Below, piece after piece: positions 25,701-32,000 of a stretch of 32,000 nucleotides of DNA. Position 1 is the stretch's first letter; each line of letters opens with the position of its first letter. A program made the position numbers and the translations under genes. The DNA is taken from positions 390,001-422,000 of the forward strand of contig CP006868.1 in the NCBI GenBank assembly GCA_025340205.1, in the 5' to 3' direction. The DNA comes from Ignicoccus pacificus DSM 13166. Its GTDB lineage: Archaea; Thermoproteota; Thermoprotei_A; Sulfolobales; Ignicoccaceae. The notes beneath the pieces are model-generated. The model saw nothing but the letters and a program-made list of their open reading frames with translations. It had not been told where the DNA came from and did not search any database.

Positions 25701-27338
25701 AGGTACGCCACATGGGGATTCAGAACAACGTTGCTCGCTCTGGGAATTCATGTCAACGAGTTCGTGCCGGGATCCTTTAGGTACTACGACCCGGCTGAGG
25801 GAGTACTGCCTTTGGGCGCCAAGGTCGAGCTAGCCTTCATAAACAGCACCAAGCCTACCGACTACGTCCTAGCTGAGTTAGACGGAGTTCCCACGGGTCA
25901 GAGCGCTATCAATCTGACAAGAGTCATACTCTACGCTAATACCAGCATGATCACCAACGGCCACATAGTACTCAACGGCAGCTTAGGAATAGGCTCTTGG
26001 AATCTGATGATACTTAAATCCTTCCCAACGATTTCAAGCTGTTCGGGTAACGCCTTCAGTATAGTGACTCTGAGCAACGGAGGCAGCGACGCCTTCTACG
26101 ATAGCCAGTATGACTATGCCAACGTGTACTATGCCTATGCTCCAGCTCTGATAAGCGACGGCAGGAGCTGGATGAAGTGGATGCTCTATGAGGACAGCGT
26201 AGACGGTTATAGAGTAGAGTACGTAAGGAGCGGTATAGGAGTTAACGCTTGGAGACTCTACTACTACCGCTTCAAGGTGGCTCCTACGAGCACCTTCACT
26301 AACCCCAACACTTGGTACTATACAAAGGTTTACGTTGACATGAACACATGGCAGACTCTCTTCACGGTGAACATCGGAGGTCCGAGCGGTCCGCAGCTCT
26401 TAGCAGACTACGGCGACTTGAGCAGTACCTCGCTGGTAAGCGAGTATCCTCAGCTACTGCCCAGCGACGTCAAGTACATCGGAATAGGCTACACCGCCGT
26501 AAGGAGTGGTGAATACGTGAGAAAGCTAGCATATGTGTTCGCCTACAGACAAGCGCCCCCAACCTTGGAGGTACTCTACCATAAGTCTGACATAAACTCA
26601 CCTCTAATCGATGCTCCTTTGATATACGTAAAGAAGAGCGGAGTAATAGCTAGCAACGTGAGCGGCGTACCCCAGCCCTTCAACGCCACTTACCATCTGT
26701 ACGGAGCTCAGTTCAACTACCTCTACCCAAGCGACTACCTAGAGTACAACCAGACCGTTAACTACGGCTACTTAACTGATAACGCCGACAACTTGACCGT
26801 CCCATTTAGCAACATAAGCTCTGCTCTCAAGGCAGGAAGGATCCAGATCGCTGGGCTGTGGAGCGACAAGCCCTTCAACATGCTTAGGATGGACGAGGTA
26901 CCACTGAACGTGTCGATAGTTGGCAAGTGGATAGTGTATGCATGGAGTAACGTTACTGAACCTCTGGTGCTAAGCGGTGCCAACAACACTAACGTGACGC
27001 TATACATGAACAACGTAACTGTGGCACTGTCGCCCTACACTAGCGACCTTATAATAACATTTAACAACATAACCAAGATGGAGGGACCAGTGGCAATAGG
27101 ACTGTTCTTCAACAATACGTTCAGTAGAAGCATAGTTATCTTAGCAAACGTGACGGACGGCACCGGAAACTATAAGCTGGTCGATGGCTTGCTGAGCTGG
27201 GAAGCCCTCAACAGCGATCTGAGCAAGCTCAACGGAACTAGCATAATAATGATAAATAAGATGGACTATCACATGACGGTAAACGGACCTATGTGCGTGC
27301 CAATACCGCCTGAGATGGGCGGTATGGGAACGTGCTGA
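22776..27338 (+). CDS. giant (1520 aa) extracellular glycoprotein with prepilin-like N-terminus; S-layer or adhesin candidate
   Basis: Uninterrupted 4.56-kb ORF with SD-like GGAAGGTAAT before the ATG. N-terminus MRVIRKG|GIGNIIALTVMIILLAATLVLLL. Composition is beta-rich (Y, T, N, V, G). I count about 36 N-x-S/T sequons by hand. There is no second hydrophobic segment at the C-terminus. Confidence 0.85.
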   Translation: MRVIRKGGIGNIIALTVMIILLAATLVLLLNTISSTLTITQSGSKSIQKAKVSYEITKKLNMCYFTGYLGSVPVIAIKTNDPATLCTYLQALQLVEYGASNSTMSFLIPGSDIRNELNKVLYSVCKEGLTNSVTVDTDTGTKMEAQVVLTRDPTTLGVEKLQALVKGVGWVPIGSCNTQVGSAVNIQSTTILYSIGPVTIIAAQGTNPLVYMCPSPRQVFGDSNAYVIAMMLTPNMTTAVNSYRNHIPTSVVIDLKDLIKKVATSGSPLLLPSGDVNPNDYLRGIRVIQMRYGGGVLPGAFGTGSNLPWSYTFLNLSAAQPLYKSSGVLTFDFYVNSTQGILSTEAAGYGALVCLYVGIAGSVPASSTGEPFDGKLISPSNDVTPPGAKYPCYSFYGYDVCYEAFANATSAFATNLTSAAGLKFEGLQEPVDSTVRVNSLVINNPTDQAILGGCGYAIRIDLNKTAPDAVGKPITIRGPQGENIPFCYETIYGNCTTDPTKGDGAVWIKIPAGMIIPPKGSVSLTIKTGKNGAVNPKDVFPSYVDFSWYDKSKVIGAHFVPYFPNSWSVITNGGAQLGQLVAIQFNTTNDILLGKNFTLVADVRWDGAPNYYYPDKLLPFFDPLSFRGWVAEYLDTIYPGTADEGAVGYWLYPIIYEIDPTATGDVGWMLAIYNGYPTAFIIKYDPTLGVELVPEAVAPNPIAPGVRYFIVLSNDTSGMNISVIPAEEFSASTVKPLADVPAPTNQDVVLVADTNSLLNLLYNQNSNAIVLSDAGIYRVYNTVDGDVTQLAQMDVYQIVGGRRSQVGTFYHYTKLYTISSFSGRIYNVTAFNVTITNPAKAINCYLTPSTCSNVSEVLSLRPFGSKVIPNITADSSNGTVVALPINVTIIGSYPMTPTSTTTLPLYGWATGQAYYTSSVGELIGQVVTMTAGKINIQTLTITSYVGNVPVTTYTTQVTSLEPYSTTSAYAYINSVRYATWGFRTTLLALGIHVNEFVPGSFRYYDPAEGVLPLGAKVELAFINSTKPTDYVLAELDGVPTGQSAINLTRVILYANTSMITNGHIVLNGSLGIGSWNLMILKSFPTISSCSGNAFSIVTLSNGGSDAFYDSQYDYANVYYAYAPALISDGRSWMKWMLYEDSVDGYRVEYVRSGIGVNAWRLYYYRFKVAPTSTFTNPNTWYYTKVYVDMNTWQTLFTVNIGGPSGPQLLADYGDLSSTSLVSEYPQLLPSDVKYIGIGYTAVRSGEYVRKLAYVFAYRQAPPTLEVLYHKSDINSPLIDAPLIYVKKSGVIASNVSGVPQPFNATYHLYGAQFNYLYPSDYLEYNQTVNYGYLTDNADNLTVPFSNISSALKAGRIQIAGLWSDKPFNMLRMDEVPLNVSIVGKWIVYAWSNVTEPLVLSGANNTNVTLYMNNVTVALSPYTSDLIITFNNITKMEGPVAIGLFFNNTFSRSIVILANVTDGTGNYKLVDGLLSWEALNSDLSKLNGTSIIMINKMDYHMTVNGPMCVPIPPEMGGMGTC

Positions 27339-27360
27339 TGAGCTAGAGATCCGATCATCC

Positions 27361-27380
27361 ATCCTTTTGATAAAGAGGAT
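27361..27380 (+). terminator. hairpin 3' of the giant gene (ATCCTTT-TGATAA-AGAGGAT)
   Basis: 7-bp stem (one G-U) starting 23 nt after the stop codon, followed by AT-rich sequence. Confidence 0.3.
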
Positions 27381-27738
27381 TAATATCTCGGAAAACGATA
27401 AAACATTTTAAATATGCATTCCGTTTTCTTGTGTTTTATTTCCTTATCCAACCTAAGGACTTCACAAATTTTTGTTTCTCCAAAGAAGATGAAAGCTTTC
27501 TGGGAAGTAGCATTGCTCCCTACATTAGCGTAAACTCTTAGAACCTTCGTAATGGCGGTGCAAGTCTAAATAGATAGAATATCCTTATAAAAGAGGCTAT
27601 TCAACATGGCTCTACGCTATTTTAGTTAAGTTCTTGTTGATTTGAGGCTACCAAAAGCAGTAGACGTATGAGATCCCAGCAAGTGGAGACGGCTCGAAGC
27701 TTTTTGTCCTCCCTCCCACTTCCATTAGGGAATCGATA

Positions 27739-28185
27739 TTGCCGTACACGTGCATCTCCGTGGAGGACAGCTTTCCCGCCGCTCATTACACCAACCCTAG
27801 GCTATCTCCAGCCGGGACCCTCCACGGCCACAACTGGAGGGTGAGGGTGACAGTCTGCAAGGAAGGGAGGAGCGGATGGGTGATAGACGCGGTGAAGCTA
27901 AAGGAGAAGCTTAAGGAGATAATAGACCCCTTCCGCTTCAGCTTGATAGTTCCGGAAACCGATGCTAAGACTTGGCTCGCTCCTGAGGGCCTTAGGGAGA
28001 TCATCGAGGAGAACATAGGAGTTAAGGTTAGGATAGCGGTCCTCCCGTATCCCTTGGTCTCAGCTGAGACCTTTGCACACTACGTCCACAGCAGGCTGAG
28101 CGAGGAGATCAGCTGCGACTGCTTGAAGGTGGAGGTGGAGGAGTCTCCGGGGGAGATGGCGACCTACGACGAGTGCCTCCAGTAA
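27739..28185 (+). CDS. queD: 6-carboxytetrahydropterin synthase / 6-pyruvoyl-tetrahydropterin synthase family (QueD)
   Basis: The segments FPAAHYT...LHGHNWRVRVTV...GWVIDAVKLKEKL and AETFAHYV follow the PTPS/QueD pattern, including its metal-binding His residues. Confidence 0.8.
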   Translation: MPYTCISVEDSFPAAHYTNPRLSPAGTLHGHNWRVRVTVCKEGRSGWVIDAVKLKEKLKEIIDPFRFSLIVPETDAKTWLAPEGLREIIEENIGVKVRIAVLPYPLVSAETFAHYVHSRLSEEISCDCLKVEVEESPGEMATYDECLQ

Positions 28186-28195
28186 AGGTGGTCCC

Positions 28196-29095
28196 TTGAA
28201 AGCCCTTTTCTATGTTTTAGGAACTTCGGCCGCTACTCCCAAGCCGAAGAGGGCCTTACCTTCCTACTACTTCGAGCACGAGGGAATAGGAATCTTAATG
28301 GACTGCGGAGAGGGGACTCAGTTTCAAGTGATGAAGGCCGGAATAGGCTTTTCCAAGATAAAGGTAATAGCAATCTCTCACAACCATGGAGATCATTTGC
28401 TTGGCCTTCCGGGCCTGATAGAGACAATGAGCATGGGGAGCAGGAAGGAGGACTTGTTAATAATAGGTCCTCCCGGAATCAAGGAGTTCCTAGAGGTCAG
28501 CTTCAAGGTAACCACCTTTGCTCCCTCATTCAAGGTCTACGTCCTTGAGATAACCGAGGAGGTGGAGGTTCCCCTAAGGGGGATCAAGCTCAAGATGTTC
28601 CCTGTAAAGCACCACGGCTATTCCTTTGGGATAAGGGTAGAGACGGTTCCGAAGAGGAAGGTGAACAAGGAGAAGCTGGAGGAGCTGGGAGTTCCCAAGA
28701 GGCTCTGGGGAAGGCTTCAGCAAGGGGAGGAGGTGGAGTGGAAGGGAAGGGTCCTCAAGCCGGAGGAGTTCACTTGGCAGCCTCAAGGGATAAAGGTGGT
28801 CTACAGCGGGGACACCGCCCCTTGCGAGAGGGTAATAGAAGAGGCTAGGGGAGCGGACCTATTGGTTCACGAAGCCACCTTCTTGAGCGACATGGAGGAG
28901 GAAGCTCATGAAAGGGGACATTCCACAGCTAAGGACGCTGGGATTATTGCTTCTGAAGCTAAGGTCAAGATGCTATTGCTGACCCACTACTCCAGCAGGT
29001 ATGAGGACTTGAGGAGGCACTTAGATGAAGCTAGGAGGTTCTTTGAGTATGCTTATTTAGCTCAAGACTTGATGAAGGTGGTTATCAAAAAGTGA
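28196..29095 (+). CDS. rnz: ribonuclease Z (tRNA 3' endonuclease)
   Basis: The motifs LGTSAATP, LMDCGEGTQ, AISHNHGDHLLGLPGL, HEATF and LTHYSSRY are the RNase Z / ELAC1 motif set. Confidence 0.9.
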   Translation: MKALFYVLGTSAATPKPKRALPSYYFEHEGIGILMDCGEGTQFQVMKAGIGFSKIKVIAISHNHGDHLLGLPGLIETMSMGSRKEDLLIIGPPGIKEFLEVSFKVTTFAPSFKVYVLEITEEVEVPLRGIKLKMFPVKHHGYSFGIRVETVPKRKVNKEKLEELGVPKRLWGRLQQGEEVEWKGRVLKPEEFTWQPQGIKVVYSGDTAPCERVIEEARGADLLVHEATFLSDMEEEAHERGHSTAKDAGIIASEAKVKMLLLTHYSSRYEDLRRHLDEARRFFEYAYLAQDLMKVVIKK

Positions 29096-29833
29096 TCATG
29101 GGAGGAGGTAGAGGTAGAGGAGGGCTATTACATCTCCAGTAGAGGGACAGAAGGGTAGGTAGACGTTGCTGTCCTCATTGTACGCCCTAGCCCTTATTGC
29201 AGCTACCAAGGCCTCAGCTACCCTGAAGGCTTTTTCGTCTCCCTTTAGCATGTCAGTGTAGGCAGCTGCTAGGAGGAGGGCTCCGTTCTTGATTTCGTTA
29301 GGGTCATTACCGAAAGCATTTTTGAGGGCGTTGTAGAGTTTCTTGGCTTTGGCCTCGTCGTAGCAAGTATCACAAAGGTTCTTCACTTTACTACAAATTT
29401 CACCTACCTTAATTTGATGGCCATTGTAAGTTACTTCAACGTCTTCGACGTTGTTCTCTTTTAGTTCTTTGAGGATTTTTGCAAATTTATCCTTGAGACT
29501 TAAATCAGTATGGTTAATGTTATTCATTATACTTTCTACCATATTTTCGAACACTTCCCTTAACCCATTTTCATCAAGCGTCACCTCATGTCCATTGATG
29601 TCTTTTACCTTTATTATTCCGTTTCTTGGTAAGAGTAACTTTTTGAGAATCTCTTTTATGGTATTAACTTGATTATATTGGCAATTCTCGATAGAGATTA
29701 TGTCCCTAATCCTAGCATTCGTGTTACCATTGTCAGTATTTGGACATCCAATTTTAATTGAGATTTCATCATCGTTTTTGAAGAGAACTATTGTTACTTC
29801 ACTATTCTCTATAAGTTCGTGTAAGAAACTCAT
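29096..29833 (-). CDS. hypothetical protein, AT-rich, divergent from cmr4 (possible type III accessory)
   Basis: 245-aa ORF. The N-terminal two-thirds is encoded by about 32% GC DNA. The C-terminus is helical and Ala-rich. No family recognised. Its stop codon abuts the rnz stop. Confidence 0.55.
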   Translation of the reverse strand: MSFLHELIENSEVTIVLFKNDDEISIKIGCPNTDNGNTNARIRDIISIENCQYNQVNTIKEILKKLLLPRNGIIKVKDINGHEVTLDENGLREVFENMVESIMNNINHTDLSLKDKFAKILKELKENNVEDVEVTYNGHQIKVGEICSKVKNLCDTCYDEAKAKKLYNALKNAFGNDPNEIKNGALLLAAAYTDMLKGDEKAFRVAEALVAAIRARAYNEDSNVYLPFCPSTGDVIALLYLYLLP

Positions 29834-29886
29834 CTCTTTCTCTCCTCACCCTAGTCCTATCCTCTCAAAGTTATATCCTCTTCGAC

Positions 29887-29911
29887 CCTTATAGTAAATG
29901 GGAATATAAGG
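29887..29911. promoter_or_regulatory. inverted repeat CCTTATA-N11-TATAAGG in the divergent promoter region
   Basis: Perfect 7-bp arms, each reading TATAAGG towards one of the two divergent genes. The right arm ends 33 nt upstream of the cmr4 TTG. Confidence 0.4.
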
Positions 29912-29943
29912 CGAGAGCGTTCCATACCTTTGGGTAAGCGAAC

Positions 29944-30882
29944 TTGCCTCCAAAAGGGGCTGAAGACTTAGCCTTGAACCTTATGATAGCATTGACGCAG
30001 ATACACGTAGGCATAGGTCGAGCTCCCGGAGCGGTGGACCTCCCAATAGCTAGAGACGCCTTCGGTTTGCCCTATATCCCCGCGAGCTCTATTAAGGGAA
30101 CAATAAAGTCGGCTTGTATTAGAACGTTCAATTGTAGTAGGGAAAACGCTAAGGAGTGTCCATGTCTCCAAATATATGGAAGAGATCCAAGGCTTGAGGA
30201 TGAGGTCAGCAGCGAGAACTCTTATCTGAGCCCGGTGAACTTCACAGATGCGTTCCTCTTGCTATTTCCCGTAAGGGTAGACTCACCTAAGGAGGGTCTT
30301 AGGTATGGCTATGTAACCTCCATGTTCAGCTTGAACAAGTTCGCTACACAAATACTCCCATTCTTAAGCAAGGAAGGAAAAGAATGGAATTTGAAGTGCT
30401 GGGTCGAGGATTCAGAGTTCAGCGGCTATCTCAACGACGTTTACATAGGCGAGGTTCGGGGCACTCTCCGCCTCTCAGAGGTACCTTATATCAATGCTAT
30501 CCTTGAACGCCTAGATGTTCCTATTGTCAAGTACTTACTTCAAAGGGGAGACATCTACGTTCTGAAGGATAACGATTTCAAGGAGGTGGTGGAAGCCGGA
30601 ATCGTTAGACAGACAAGAGTAAGGCTTGACTTCGTTAGGAAGACCGTACAGAGGGGAGCCTTGTGGACCGAGGAGTACCTTCCGGAAGGAGCTGTCTTTA
30701 GCTTCCTAACTGTGACAAAGACCGTCCTAGCAAGGAACGTAATCGTTGAAGCATCAAGGGCTATGAACGATCATGAAGAGGTTCTTAGGGAGAACTTATT
30801 TACATTCGAGATAGGTGGAAAGGAAACCATAGGTAAGGGGATGGTGAGGGTAGTTGAGGGGCCTAGAGTCTGTTGCCTATGA
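29944..30882 (+). CDS. cmr4: type III-B CRISPR RAMP protein Cmr4 (Cas7 family backbone subunit)
   Basis: N-terminal block LTQIHVGIGRAPGAVDLPIARDAFGLPYIPASSIKGTIKS matches the Cmr4 pattern TP.H.GsG...g.vD.PI.R....g.P.ipgSS.KG.lRs. The C-terminal glycine-rich loop is FEIGGKETIGKGMVRV. Confidence 0.85.
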   Translation: MPPKGAEDLALNLMIALTQIHVGIGRAPGAVDLPIARDAFGLPYIPASSIKGTIKSACIRTFNCSRENAKECPCLQIYGRDPRLEDEVSSENSYLSPVNFTDAFLLLFPVRVDSPKEGLRYGYVTSMFSLNKFATQILPFLSKEGKEWNLKCWVEDSEFSGYLNDVYIGEVRGTLRLSEVPYINAILERLDVPIVKYLLQRGDIYVLKDNDFKEVVEAGIVRQTRVRLDFVRKTVQRGALWTEEYLPEGAVFSFLTVTKTVLARNVIVEASRAMNDHEEVLRENLFTFEIGGKETIGKGMVRVVEGPRVCCL

Positions 30883-30883
30883 C

Positions 30884-31456
30884 ATGAGCGTTGCAGCTTG
30901 CAAGATGTTGGGTGCCCTTGCCAGCTCTTGTGATACCAGAAACGTGAAGGACTATCCAGACAGCTTGTACAGCAGGGCCAGAAGCGCTCCCCAGCTCATG
31001 GCCACTTGGGGGCCGGCCCACTTCTTGATCTTCTATGCATCTAAGAGCTTGGATGATATCGACTCGAGAAGGGCAGAATTCCTTTGGAGAGCATGGAAAA
31101 GTGTAATGATGGGAAGGGATAGGGAGGAAGTGAAGGGATTTGTAGCGTGTGAGATAGTTAGTAAGATTAGCGACACCTCGATGGGCTACCTCCTCTATAC
31201 GTTAGCGCTCTCAGAGGCTATAGTTAGGCTGATGGAAAGGGAACAGAACTTCGGAAGACTAGATGAGCTATTCGATTTCGTAATAAGGCTTTACGTTAAG
31301 CCGGAGGAAGGGAAGGAGCTGGGAGCTCCCAGCGTCGGAACGCTGAACCTCTTAGTCCAGACGCTCAGCAGACTAATTGAAACTAAGGTCCTACCAATAG
31401 TAAATACAAGAGGTACAGATGCCAAGATAGAATACATGATTCAAAACTGCTGGTGA
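30884..31456 (+). CDS. cmr5: type III-B small subunit Cmr5 (Cas11 family)
   Basis: All-helical, about 190 aa. RARSAPQLMATWGPAHFLIFYASK resembles the Cmr5 'lP..i...Gl.q.laFl..K' motif. The ATG lies 1 nt after the cmr4 stop. Position between cmr4 and a cmr1-like gene. Confidence 0.65.
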   Translation: MSVAACKMLGALASSCDTRNVKDYPDSLYSRARSAPQLMATWGPAHFLIFYASKSLDDIDSRRAEFLWRAWKSVMMGRDREEVKGFVACEIVSKISDTSMGYLLYTLALSEAIVRLMEREQNFGRLDELFDFVIRLYVKPEEGKELGAPSVGTLNLLVQTLSRLIETKVLPIVNTRGTDAKIEYMIQNCW

Positions 31457-31460
31457 GAAC

Positions 31461-32000
31461 ATGCAAGAAATCCTAGCAGATGTTGAGAACCTCTATGAAA
31501 CTGAAATGAAGAAAGAGGATATAGTAAACGTTGAAATGGAGAACTTAACTCCAGCGTTAGTGGGAGGGTGGACTGGCCATTCCATAATCGATCCAGAAAG
31601 GTGCTTAGCGGAGGGAGTCAGGCCTACCGACATAGCTGGTAAGCTGAGGTGGTGGCTGAGGGCTGCTATAGCTGGAGCGATATACGAGAAGATGTTAAGA
31701 GAAAAGTGTGGAGACGATCTAGATTGTGTAGGTAGAGAGCTTCCTACTTTGAGGAAGATAAATGAGATAGCTGGAGAGATACTGATGGGATACGTTATAG
31801 GAAGCAGAGCCCTCGCATCTAAGATATCGATAATCGTTGAGGGAAATGATGAAAGGCCTAGAGTTGAGTGTAGAAATCCGAAGGTTAGGAGAAAGACAAG
31901 GAATTGTGAGAGCTATGATAGGGATTACTACAGAGGCGAGTGTGATGAGTTGGCAAAAGAATCACCACGAGTTGCCTTGAGAATTAGCGGATGTGAAAAG
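31461..32000 (+). CDS. cmr1: type III-B RAMP protein, Cmr1-like (partial, runs off window)
   Basis: Hand translation gives MQEILADVENLYETEMKKEDIVNVEMENLTPALVGGW...GVRPTDIAGKLRWWLRAAIAG.... The motifs TP...GG and (S/A)i.G.LR.W.RA are the Cmr1 N-terminal RAMP signatures. The frame is open to base 32000. Confidence 0.6.
   Translation, partial: MQEILADVENLYETEMKKEDIVNVEMENLTPALVGGWTGHSIIDPERCLAEGVRPTDIAGKLRWWLRAAIAGAIYEKMLREKCGDDLDCVGRELPTLRKINEIAGEILMGYVIGSRALASKISIIVEGNDERPRVECRNPKVRRKTRNCESYDRDYYRGECDELAKESPRVALRISGCEK

Noticed and set aside
22776-27338. Idea that the 1520-aa protein is a tetrabrachion-like S-layer stalk protein, based on similar length from memory
   Set aside because: No long heptad or undecad coiled-coil segments are present. 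The sequence is beta-type, rich in Tyr, Thr and Asn throughout, and lacks a C-terminal anchor.

Overview
Archaeal chromosomal window. Gene content and protein composition suggest a hyperthermophile of Thermoprotei/TACK style; the species was not identified. GC is roughly 50%, with several visibly AT-richer patches. All family calls were made by eye from motifs in the supplied translations; no searches were run.

Housekeeping content: tRNA-Ser(GGA), a frameshifted LysK/ArgE-type M20 hydrolase, two EamA/DMT transporters, a cupin-type PGI-like protein, HMG-CoA reductase, TauE/SafE, GatC, CutA, RimI-type GNAT, aSUI1, an RpoP gene below the ORF-track size cutoff, an MBL hydrolase, QueD/PTPS and RNase Z.

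Accessory or unusual content:
1. An AT-rich island next to tRNA-Ser with a beta-propeller protein, a divergent HemK/Mtq2-like methyltransferase and VapBC.
2. A polytopic membrane protein overlapping tail-to-tail with a secreted protein that carries a sortase-style C-terminal signal.
3. An AT-rich wHTH plus membrane-protein operon, and a solitary ABC/SMC-like ATPase.
4. A CRISPR array on the + strand: 10 perfect and about 4 decayed 26-nt repeats ending ATGGAAAG, with a 446-bp leader and no adjacent cas genes.
5. A tandem-V4R protein translationally coupled to an orphan [NiFe]-hydrogenase small-subunit-like Fe-S protein.
6. A divergent cluster of three proteins with class III (prepilin-type) signal peptides, one of them a 1520-aa sequon-rich giant, flanked by long AT-rich non-coding DNA.
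7. The start of a type III-B Cmr module (cmr4-cmr5-cmr1-like) running off the right edge, preceded by an AT-rich orphan gene.

The best candidate for an undescribed system is the pilin-like/giant glycoprotein cluster. The V4R/FrhG-like pair, the putative archaeosortase-like/substrate pair and the Cmr-adjacent orphan come next.
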